From: Thermoplasmatota archaeon
Lineage (GTDB): Archaea > Thermoplasmatota > E2 > DHVEG-1
Reading direction: 5' to 3'
DNA length: 64,000 nucleotides
Assembly: GCA_041550515.1 (NCBI GenBank)
Contig: JBFEOQ010000004.1
Span: 1,190 to 65,189 of the forward strand
The notes beneath the pieces were generated by a model. That model made no database searches. It was not told where the DNA came from and saw only the letters and a list, made by a program, of their open reading frames with translations. How positions within the stretch are numbered: the first letter of the stretch is position 1; each line of letters opens with the position of its first letter. This document shows, in pieces, positions 10,072 through 18,690 of this stretch. The translations under genes and the position numbers were made by a program.

Positions 10072-12708
10072 TTAAAGAGATTTTTCAAAGAGATATTGTA
10101 ATATCTTTAATAAAATTGAATTTGATTTTATTTTATTTTTTATTACCTTAAACTCCATTATTCCCCAGTCACTTTCTGCACCATTTACATCTTTTAATTT
10201 GGCTTTAATTGTATAAGTTTTTGTTATATTCCAGTTATGGTATTCAGTAATATCTGTACCAGATATATAGGGTCCTTTCCATCCACTGGTGTTACCATCA
10301 CCCCAATCCCAAAAGCAGTAGATTATATTATCCTCAGGATCTTCTATATTGGTAATTTGAAAAGTATATTCTTGTTCAGGTTTACCTGTAATAGGTCCTG
10401 TAATTTCTGGTTTTTTTGGAGAATAGTTATCAAGTTTGAAAATCCTGAGTGTTGGATCTCCAAAGAGACACATACCATAATACCATTCTTGTTCCCAAAG
10501 CTCAAAAGGTGTTTGTTTGTCAAACCATATTTGAAATGCTTCTCCTACTGTGAAGCCTTCTCCAAGTGGTTTTGTAAAATCATTAAAGTTAAGCATACTT
10601 CCAGATTTTGATGATGCAACAGTTATTAATCCATATGTTGTATTAAATATATATGAGCCTGCAAGGTAGTTTTCATCTGTATATCTACCTGGTCCACATG
10701 CAAATAAATTATAAAAGAGTACAGGGGGATCATTGGATTGAATATTAGAGGAGTTCACCCAATCTCCGTTATCAAAAAAGTTACCTATGTTAAAGGGGCA
10801 TCCATTTCCTATTCCTCTTTCCCATTTTCCTAATGTTGCAGGTTCATTTAGACTTGGTTCAACGTTTAATTCTCCATTTAAGTAATCATATGATAGTCTT
10901 GTATTTTGATTTTTATTGACATATGGTCCATTTATCAACCATTTACCAATATGTGTAACTGGATTTGATTCGGGATTATAACTTATACCCTCAATTTTGT
11001 CACCATTTGAATTACATATTTTTGCACTGAAACCAGTATCACCCATCCATTCTGATATTTTAACAAGAAGTCTGTTTTCATCTGGTTGGAGGGTGATATC
11101 TATTTTTTTATAATCTGGGGTAAAATCACCATATTTATTATCATAAAGTATTTGTTTACCATTAAGCCATACTCGTGCTCCATCATCGTATCCTATCCAT
11201 AATTGACATGTTTTTTCTGAATCTGCAATTATTTTTGTAAAAGCATAATATGCTCCATAATCAGCATCATCATAATTACTATTTATATCTATATAGGGAC
11301 TTCCTGAGTTATATAATGTCCATGTTTTTCCACCCATGCTATCTCCTTGATTTGGATTGATATTTGCTTCGATTTTTTTAAGATAATTAGTACTTAGATA
11401 TACCCAAAAATTATCAGATGAATCTTGATGAAAACCATTTAGTAACCAACTGCGAATGTATTCAGCCTCTGTTCCATAATAATTAGGGTTACTTATTTGA
11501 TATATTAGATCATTAAAAGCTGTATTATATGTGTCTGTGATTCGTGCAGAAAATTTATAGTCTCCCCCACCCTGGCTTATTTTTAACAGGAGTTGATTCC
11601 AACCTTCGTTTAAATGTATATTGATTCTAAATTCATCTTTTCTCCATCCAGAATATCTATCTCTTGTAAAAATTTCTTCTTTGTTTAACCAGACTTTTAT
11701 TCCATCGTCAGAGCCTAAAAGAAGTCTAGCATCTCTGTTTATTGGTGAGTAGATATATATATGAGCATATGCAGCTGATTCAGTTGGTCTTGTCCCAAAA
11801 TAATGACCACCTGAGTAACTATGAGCACAAACTTGTACAAAATGGTATCCCAAACTCATTTGATCAAGATAGTCCTGAGCAGTTGTATAAAATCCATTAT
11901 CAAATCTTGTAACATCATCATCATAAATATTATCTATACTTACATCCATATCAAACCAATCTTCTTCAACATATTCCAATCCCCGCCATGGTTGCCAGAG
12001 TTGACCAGTTCTATACTGATTAACTTTTGAAAAATAATCGTTTATCATATTTTTTTCAGAGTCATATTTTAAGGTTGATGCATAAATACGACCTACATAT
12101 ATTTCTGGTCCAGTGTCACCTGTATCAGAAGTATGGAATTCATAATCTCCATCTTTATCATTATCTTGCCAGTTACCATCAAGATCCATATAAAATAAAT
12201 CACATGGAAATACATCCCCAGATACTTCAGCCCAAGCAGCAGTTATGTCACCTATGAAAACTATACCTTTACTACCTTGATTGTATTGTTCTTTTATCCA
12301 ACTTTTTATTTCATCAGGTGTACCATATAAAACCGTTTCTAAATGTACTGAATATCCTTCAACAGTAAGATCATTGATATATTGAGTTATATTTTCAGAA
12401 ATTTTTGGATAAAGTATTTCATCAACTAATAGGGAGATGATATTATTATTTTTTATTGAAACAATGTCTGGTTTAAAAAATTCTGCCGGTTTTAATGGAT
12501 GAGTTTTTATATATTCTTTATAAATTCCAGGTAGTTCACCATTTGGTGAAAACCATTGTAATTTTTTAATATATCTTCCATCTTGAATTTCTGATATTTC
12601 TAATTTTTCATTAATATTTTGATATATTAAATTATGAGCAGGAATTGATGATAATGATAATATTAAAAAAGTTGTTATAATAATATTTGTTATCATGTAT
12701 TTTTTCAT
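10072..12708 (-). CDS. secreted gingipain-like (peptidase C25 family) protein with two PA14-like beta-sandwich repeats and a C-terminal PKD-like domain
   Basis: 878 aa with an N-terminal hydrophobic signal/anchor. C25-like motifs are present: VFIGD, EIYVGRI, the His motif VCAHSYSGGH (His codon 11821-11823), the Cys motif LFACGPGRY (Cys codon 10696-10698) and FGDPTLRI. Two repeats read GxDDGxxVWLN...LLxKIS...FSAxI. The PKD-like segment reads CFWDWGDGNTSGW. Confidence 0.6.
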   Translation of the reverse strand: MKKYMITNIIITTFLILSLSSIPAHNLIYQNINEKLEISEIQDGRYIKKLQWFSPNGELPGIYKEYIKTHPLKPAEFFKPDIVSIKNNNIISLLVDEILYPKISENITQYINDLTVEGYSVHLETVLYGTPDEIKSWIKEQYNQGSKGIVFIGDITAAWAEVSGDVFPCDLFYMDLDGNWQDNDKDGDYEFHTSDTGDTGPEIYVGRIYASTLKYDSEKNMINDYFSKVNQYRTGQLWQPWRGLEYVEEDWFDMDVSIDNIYDDDVTRFDNGFYTTAQDYLDQMSLGYHFVQVCAHSYSGGHYFGTRPTESAAYAHIYIYSPINRDARLLLGSDDGIKVWLNKEEIFTRDRYSGWRKDEFRINIHLNEGWNQLLLKISQGGGDYKFSARITDTYNTAFNDLIYQISNPNYYGTEAEYIRSWLLNGFHQDSSDNFWVYLSTNYLKKIEANINPNQGDSMGGKTWTLYNSGSPYIDINSNYDDADYGAYYAFTKIIADSEKTCQLWIGYDDGARVWLNGKQILYDNKYGDFTPDYKKIDITLQPDENRLLVKISEWMGDTGFSAKICNSNGDKIEGISYNPESNPVTHIGKWLINGPYVNKNQNTRLSYDYLNGELNVEPSLNEPATLGKWERGIGNGCPFNIGNFFDNGDWVNSSNIQSNDPPVLFYNLFACGPGRYTDENYLAGSYIFNTTYGLITVASSKSGSMLNFNDFTKPLGEGFTVGEAFQIWFDKQTPFELWEQEWYYGMCLFGDPTLRIFKLDNYSPKKPEITGPITGKPEQEYTFQITNIEDPEDNIIYCFWDWGDGNTSGWKGPYISGTDITEYHNWNITKTYTIKAKLKDVNGAESDWGIMEFKVIKNKIKSNSILLKILQYLFEKSL

Positions 12709-12834
12709 GTATATTTCTCCAGCGGATTTTTAATTAATACGTTTTATGTTAAATAATAAATTTTAATTAATAAATGTTTTGAACTATTATAACATTAGCA
12801 AAATCAAAATAATACTTACAAAATATTATATTTA

Positions 12835-13536
12835 ATGTATAATCCTATTGAATTATCAAAAAAAACTGAAAAAATTGTAACAAAGAATGACATGAAGAAA
12901 TATTATAGATTCCGTCCAACAGCTTTTTATGGTGGAATAGCAACTGCTGATACTGTTGGTTGTAATTTACGCTGCAAGTTTTGTTGGTCAGTAAAAAGCG
13001 TTTGCAACTCAAAAAATACTGGTGAATTTTATACGCCTGAAAAGGTAGCTTCGATATTAAACATTCTTGCTAAAAAAAATGGTTATCGACAAGTTAGAAT
13101 ATCTGGTGGTGAACCAACTATTGGTAGACATCATTTAATCAAACTTCTAAGAAACATAGATTCTAGTCTATCATTCATTCTTGAAACAAATGGTATTCTT
13201 TTAGGAGAAGATAAAAAATATGTACATAAACTTTATCAATTTCATAATCTTCATTATCGAGTTTGCCTTAAAGGAGTCAACTCAGAAGAATTCTCTTTTT
13301 TAACTGGAGCAAAATTAGGATTTAATTACCAGTTGAAATCTCTAGAAATTTTAAAAGATAAAGGTTTAAATTTCAATATAGCTGTAGTTACTTTAAAAAA
13401 GGATAAAAATGAGTTATATGAAAAATTACAAGAGATGAATCTTGAAAAAATAATGATTGAGGAAGAAGAAATTAAGCTATATCCTCAAGTTGAAAGAAGA
13501 TTAAAAAAAGAGGGTTTACTTAATTATTTTAAATAA
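12835..13536 (+). CDS. radical SAM protein, function unknown
   Basis: 233 aa with CNLRCKFCW (CxxxCxxC) and the ISGGEPT motif. Confidence 0.75.
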   Translation: MYNPIELSKKTEKIVTKNDMKKYYRFRPTAFYGGIATADTVGCNLRCKFCWSVKSVCNSKNTGEFYTPEKVASILNILAKKNGYRQVRISGGEPTIGRHHLIKLLRNIDSSLSFILETNGILLGEDKKYVHKLYQFHNLHYRVCLKGVNSEEFSFLTGAKLGFNYQLKSLEILKDKGLNFNIAVVTLKKDKNELYEKLQEMNLEKIMIEEEEIKLYPQVERRLKKEGLLNYFK

Positions 13537-13632
13537 AAAAAAATCATTTATGTAAATTCGTAATTTAGGTCTTTAATATCTTGATCTTGGGATTTAGATA
13601 AATAAAACAGTAATTTGAAAGATTATTAAAGC

Positions 13633-13785
13633 TTATTTTTTCATAATCGACATATCAGATAATTTTTCCCAAAAACGACTATGACATTCAGGACATAAAA
13701 ACATTGTAGTATCAAGTCCATCAGAAAATTCTTCTGGTATCATAAAATCACTGTTACATTTTTTACAATGATTTATAGTTATCAT
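13633..13785 (-). CDS. possible small zinc-ribbon protein (50 aa), below the ORF-track length cutoff
   Basis: My translation is MITINHCKKCNSDFMIPEEFSDGLDTTMFLCPECHSRFWEKLSDMSIMKK*. It has two CxxC pairs (CKKC, CPEC) and lies in an otherwise unassigned 350-nt gap. Confidence 0.35.
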   Translation of the reverse strand: MITINHCKKCNSDFMIPEEFSDGLDTTMFLCPECHSRFWEKLSDMSIMKK

Positions 13786-13889
13786 TTTTACCCTTCCAAT
13801 TTTTATATATATATTTACTTTATACTTATATAAAAATTTTACTATTAAAAATAAGCATTTTTAGGGTAAAATAGAAAAATTTTATTTTT

Positions 13890-14432
13890 TTACCATTTAT
13901 CATAATGAATTATTTGATCAAGATTTTTTCTCTTTTTACTTTGCGTAATAATCTTAGCTACATTTTCAAAAAAAAGTTCCTTTTCAGCAGGATATCCAAG
14001 AGGCGTTAAAGCAATAACGCGTATATGCTCTGGAATTCCAAGGATTATTTTTACCTTTTTTTCATTGAAACCTCCGATCCAGCAAGTTCCAAGTCCTTTA
14101 TCTGTTGCTGCTAATATTATATGTTCCAATGCAATAGAAACATCCACAATAAAATAATTTATGTTATTTCTCAAACCACTCTGTTTAGGATCACCACATG
14201 CAACAATAACAATAGGGGCTTTTTTTAACCATTGATTTATGATACTTGTTCTTGATAAATCTTTAATGATTTTTTTATCTTTTATTACTATAAACTGCCA
14301 ACATTGTCCATTTCCCCAAGATGGTGCTAATCGTGCAGATTCAAGTACATAATTTATCTTTTCATCTTCAACTTCTTTATTTGAATAAGATCTAATACTC
14401 CTTCTAACTTTTATTATATTTTCAAAATTCAT
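13890..14432 (-). CDS. nitroreductase-family flavoprotein
   Basis: 180 aa with RRSIRSY, APSWGNGQCWQF and a GIPE...PLGYPA layout typical of the nitroreductase fold. Confidence 0.8.
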   Translation of the reverse strand: MNFENIIKVRRSIRSYSNKEVEDEKINYVLESARLAPSWGNGQCWQFIVIKDKKIIKDLSRTSIINQWLKKAPIVIVACGDPKQSGLRNNINYFIVDVSIALEHIILAATDKGLGTCWIGGFNEKKVKIILGIPEHIRVIALTPLGYPAEKELFFENVAKIITQSKKRKNLDQIIHYDKW

Positions 14433-14552
14433 TATAAATCACTTGGTATTAATTTTATAATTGATTTTTCAACTGATTTTAAACAAATTTTATTATTTAA
14501 CATTCGAACTTTAGATAGATGAAATTCAGAGTTTACAAAACATTCTTTATAT

Positions 14553-15419
14553 TTAACTATGAGTCTCTATTAAACCTGCTATATCAGTAGGAAATTTAGC
14601 AATTTTAACATCTGCTTTCTCAAAGGCTTTAATTTTGGATGCTGCTGTTCCTTTTCCCCTTGCTATTATTGCACCGGCATGTCCCATACGTTTTCCAGGT
14701 GGAGCTGTTCTTCCTGCAATAAAAGCAAATACTGGTTTACTAATATGCTCGGTAATATACTCTGCAGCATCTTCTTCAGCAGTACCACCGATTTCACCAA
14801 CTAAAACAATTGCTTTTGTATCTTTATCTTTTTCAAAAGCATTTAGCGCTTCAATAAAATTTGTTCCAATAATTGGATCACCACCAAGACCAACACATGT
14901 ACTTTGTCCAATCCCTTTTTCTTTTAAGGAATTTACAATTTCATATGTTAATGTTCCTGAGCGACTTGCAACACCAACATCTCCTTCTAAAAAGATACTT
15001 CCAGGTAAAATCCCTATTTTTGTTTTTCCTGGACTAGCTATACCTGGACAGTTAGGTCCAATTAATACTGCATCCTTATATTTTGCGTAATGAACAAAAT
15101 CCATCGCATCATGAAAAGGAATATTTTCAGTAATCACTACAACTGTTTTTATTTCTGCATCAAGTGCTTCAAAAACTGCATCTTTTGCAAAACGAGCTGG
15201 AACTAAGACAAGTGATGTGTTTGCACCTGTTTGTTCAACTGCTTTTTTAACACTATTAAAAATTGGTACTCCCTGTACTTCTTCTCCCTCCTTTCCTGGA
15301 GTAACACCTGCTACAACTTTTGTTCCAAAGTTTTTCATTTCACCTATATGAAATACACCTTGGTGACCTGTTGCACCTTGAACAATAACTTTATTTTTCT
15401 CATCAACAAATATTGACAT
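14553..15419 (-). CDS. sucD: succinyl-CoA synthetase alpha subunit
   Basis: 288 aa with GPNCPG, SRSGTLTYE and MGHAGAII (phosphohistidine loop). Confidence 0.9.
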   Translation of the reverse strand: MSIFVDEKNKVIVQGATGHQGVFHIGEMKNFGTKVVAGVTPGKEGEEVQGVPIFNSVKKAVEQTGANTSLVLVPARFAKDAVFEALDAEIKTVVVITENIPFHDAMDFVHYAKYKDAVLIGPNCPGIASPGKTKIGILPGSIFLEGDVGVASRSGTLTYEIVNSLKEKGIGQSTCVGLGGDPIIGTNFIEALNAFEKDKDTKAIVLVGEIGGTAEEDAAEYITEHISKPVFAFIAGRTAPPGKRMGHAGAIIARGKGTAASKIKAFEKADVKIAKFPTDIAGLIETHS

Positions 15420-16526
15420 TTATTCACCTCCTGCCATACCAGATGATCTTTCAGCAGCATCTTGCAATGTTGTTGCAGTGATCAGCCCAGCATCTTTCAA
15501 TATTTCTTTTGCAGCATCTTCATTCATACCTTTTATTCTTGTTATAACTGGACAATCTATTCCTTCCTTTGTTATTACTGATTTAACACCTTTTGCAACT
15601 GTATCACATTTAGTAATCCCACCGAAAAGATTTAAGAAAATCACTTTTGGTTTTGCTTTTTTCATTAATTCAAATGCTTGCTTAACTTTTTCAGGATCGT
15701 CTGTTCCACCTAAATCTAAAAATACTCCACCTCTTCCTTTATAATAAGTGAGAGCATCTAGTGTTGCCATAGTTAGTCCTGCACCATTTGCAATAACACC
15801 GATGTCTCCTTCTAACTGAATAAATGCAATTCCTTTATCTTTTGCATCTTTTTCTAAATCTGTTATATCAACATATTCAGGAAGAATATCAGAATGTCTA
15901 AACATTGAATCATCATTGATTATAACCTTAGAATCTAAAGCTATTGCTTTACCATTTGAACTAATAATAAGTGGATTAATTTCAACAAGTTCACAATCAT
16001 AGTCTCTAAACATTTTATAAATTTTTGAAATAACATTTGCAATCTCTTTTGCCTCTTCTTTTTCTACTTTTAATTTTGAGGTGATATTGCGAATGTTGAA
16101 TGATTGTATTCCAATGAGTGGATTAATCCATTCCTTGAAAATTTTTTCATCAGCAACTGATTCAATATCAATTCCACCTTCTTCACTTATCATTATAAGT
16201 GGCATTCTTTTTGTTCTGTCTAAAGTTATGCTTAAATATAGTTCCTTTTTGATGTCTACTTTTTCTTCTGCATAAACTTTTTTTACTGTAAATCCCTTGA
16301 TGTCCATACCCATAATTTTTGAAAAATGAGTTTTAGCATCATTGATATTCTCAGCAGATTTTATACCACCTGCTTTACCGCGGCCACCAATTGGAACTTG
16401 TGCTTTTAAAACATAAGGAAATTTCAATCCTGTAAGGTCTTTTTCATTATTTACAAGCTTGCCATTTGGAACTGATATGTTATATTTATTAAACAGTTCT
16501 TTCCCCCTATACTCAAAAAGTTTCAT
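15420..16526 (-). CDS. sucC: succinyl-CoA synthetase beta subunit (ATP-grasp)
   Basis: 368 aa with MKLFEYRGKELF, GGRGKAGGI and GIANGAGLTMATLD. It abuts sucD with no gap. Confidence 0.9.
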   Translation of the reverse strand: MKLFEYRGKELFNKYNISVPNGKLVNNEKDLTGLKFPYVLKAQVPIGGRGKAGGIKSAENINDAKTHFSKIMGMDIKGFTVKKVYAEEKVDIKKELYLSITLDRTKRMPLIMISEEGGIDIESVADEKIFKEWINPLIGIQSFNIRNITSKLKVEKEEAKEIANVISKIYKMFRDYDCELVEINPLIISSNGKAIALDSKVIINDDSMFRHSDILPEYVDITDLEKDAKDKGIAFIQLEGDIGVIANGAGLTMATLDALTYYKGRGGVFLDLGGTDDPEKVKQAFELMKKAKPKVIFLNLFGGITKCDTVAKGVKSVITKEGIDCPVITRIKGMNEDAAKEILKDAGLITATTLQDAAERSSGMAGGE

Positions 16527-16544
16527 GGAAACCTGAATACAAAT

Positions 16545-17657
16545 TCACATATTTAATAGCTTTTTCACCCAAAAATCGCAACCTACAATTTTATGAGTGA
16601 TAGGAGCAAACTTGAAATCCTTAATAGAAACCATAGTGGACAGACCATATGTTTTAATCAGCGGATCCTCACCAATCCATTTATTTTCTTTTAAAACTTG
16701 CATGATCCTCATCATATCAGCTTTGTAATCATCATAATCCATGTGAACAGAGATCATAACAGCTTCAAATCTTCTACTGGCAAAAAAAACAGTGGAATCA
16801 CTCATTAATCCCACGGCTTCATCATTATCCATATTGGGTGGATTACGTGGATCAAATTTAATATGATAAAAGACCAATATTTCAAAACCTAATTTATGGA
16901 GATTTGGAAGACTAATTCTCCTCACAAGATTGGTTTTATCAAACCTTCGCCTTAAACGAGAAACAGTATGGCGAGATACACCAATCTCACGACCGATATC
17001 GCTATCAGCCATCTCAGGATAGCTAACCATCATACAGTATACATTCTTCTCTGTATCTGAAAAAACAACGTTTTCAACGTCTTTTAAGCCAAAATCGTGA
17101 ACATCTCTATCGTTTTCGAAATACAAACTGAAACTACTATTCAATAATGGGCTAAAGTCGAAAAATCTATAGATACGACTAATTTCAAAAGGAAAAACAA
17201 CCATATTTGAATACTCCTCTTCTAAAAGACCACGACTACCAAAAGTTTGAGTTCTAATATCATTAATTTTACCAATAGTTGCATAATCACGTGAAAGACT
17301 CAGGGAAAATCCTTTATCTTGTTCACCAACTGAAAAAAATATCTCTTCAAAAACCTCAATTGTTTCACCAGTAATTTCAACTCTTTCTCCTAATGGAATC
17401 AATGGACTAAAATTTGTATAAGTTGCTACAAGCATTTGACAACCCATGTTTTGAAGTCTAGGAATTATAAGCTTTCTAAAATATTCATTGTTATGAAGTC
17501 TGTGTCTGATAGATGTAACCGTTGAATGCTTTAAATTTAGTTTCTCTGAAAGTATTTTGTCGGTGAGATGTGGATACTTCGCAAGTCCATATAGCATTAA
17601 CTTTTCTTTGTCAGTTAATTCAACGTTTTTCATCATTATATGAATGAGCATTTTCAA
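16545..17657 (-). CDS. putative transcriptional regulator with two internally duplicated HTH modules
   Basis: 370 aa. Module 1 reads LTDKEKLMLYGLAKYPHLTDKILSEKLNLKHSTVTSIRHRL...IPRLQNMGCQMLV. Module 2 reads FSDTEKNVYCMMVSYPEMADSDIGREIGVSRHTVSRLRRRF...LPNLHKLGFEILV. It is divergent from the redox block. The start may be Met8 or Met9. Confidence 0.55.
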   Translation of the reverse strand: MKMLIHIMMKNVELTDKEKLMLYGLAKYPHLTDKILSEKLNLKHSTVTSIRHRLHNNEYFRKLIIPRLQNMGCQMLVATYTNFSPLIPLGERVEITGETIEVFEEIFFSVGEQDKGFSLSLSRDYATIGKINDIRTQTFGSRGLLEEEYSNMVVFPFEISRIYRFFDFSPLLNSSFSLYFENDRDVHDFGLKDVENVVFSDTEKNVYCMMVSYPEMADSDIGREIGVSRHTVSRLRRRFDKTNLVRRISLPNLHKLGFEILVFYHIKFDPRNPPNMDNDEAVGLMSDSTVFFASRRFEAVMISVHMDYDDYKADMMRIMQVLKENKWIGEDPLIKTYGLSTMVSIKDFKFAPITHKIVGCDFWVKKLLNM

Positions 17658-17934
17658 TATAAACCTTTTTCTCGTTTTTATAAAAATAACTGTCTTTTTT
17701 ATTAATTAGAGCAACTTTCTTATTAATTCTTATCAAATATACGATTTTTTAGAATCACCTTATTATTATGAGATTTTTCCCAAAAAGTTTATAATATATT
17801 AAATATATATAGTTAATACTTTGGGAGGAGGCCTTTTGGTCCGGCAAATAGTAAAGGATATTATCCATAAAAAGAAAGGATTTACACCATATTTTAAGAG
17901 CGAATTATTTAAGTCATTTTTAAGAGGTTAAAAA

Positions 17935-18690
17935 ATGAGCAAGAAGGAACAGGTTCTATTAGAGGAATCTGAAGTTAAAAAAGCAGAAGATGTTGAAAAA
18001 AAAGCTGGAACTGTTGAAGTTTTTATCATGGGTAAAAGCTACAAAGTTCCTGCAGGTCTTACTATAATGAAGGCTTTGGAATACGCAGGCTATAGATATG
18101 TAAGGGGCTGCGGTTGCAGAGCTGGTTTTTGTGGTGCATGTTCTACGATTTATAGAATTGAAGATGAGCAAAAACTTGGTTTTGATCTAGCTTGTCAAAA
18201 AGTTGTTGAAGATAAAATGTATCTTGTTCAACTTCCTTTTGTTCCTGCAACAAAAGCTGAGTATGATATTGAGAAAATTAAGCCAATAGATAGTATTATT
18301 TTAGAAATATATCCTGAAATTGCTCGATGTGTTTCATGTAACACTTGTTCAAAATCTTGTCCTCAAGATATTGAGGTTATGAAATACATCCAAAGAGCAG
18401 TACGTGGTGAAATTTCAAAATGCGCTGAGATATCTTTTGACTGTATTCAATGTGGCTTGTGTGCTATGCGATGTCCAGCTGATATTAAGCATTATCATGT
18501 TTCTCAACTTGCACGAAGACTTCGGGGTAAATACCTTGATACAAAATCGAAGAACCTTGCAAAAAGACTGAAAGAAATTGACAATAGAAAATATGATGCA
18601 GAAATCGAAAAAATGATAAAAATGGGTAAAAACGATATTACAGAGATTTACAAGAAAAGAAGGATCGAAGCAGAAGAGGGAGGTGCTTAG
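17935..18690 (+). CDS. succinate dehydrogenase/fumarate reductase-type iron-sulfur subunit (2Fe-2S plus two 4-Cys clusters)
   Basis: 251 aa. It has a plant-ferredoxin-like CRAGFCGAC...LAC motif followed by CVSCNTCSKSCP and CIQCGLCAMRCP. It has no CCG domain. Confidence 0.7.
   Translation: MSKKEQVLLEESEVKKAEDVEKKAGTVEVFIMGKSYKVPAGLTIMKALEYAGYRYVRGCGCRAGFCGACSTIYRIEDEQKLGFDLACQKVVEDKMYLVQLPFVPATKAEYDIEKIKPIDSIILEIYPEIARCVSCNTCSKSCPQDIEVMKYIQRAVRGEISKCAEISFDCIQCGLCAMRCPADIKHYHVSQLARRLRGKYLDTKSKNLAKRLKEIDNRKYDAEIEKMIKMGKNDITEIYKKRRIEAEEGGA

Noticed and set aside
17824-17845. Small hairpin in the GC island (GGCC-TTTT-GGTCC).
   Set aside because: It is only a 4-bp stem with a bulge, which is too weak to call a structured element on its own. 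It is mentioned only as part of the control-region finding.
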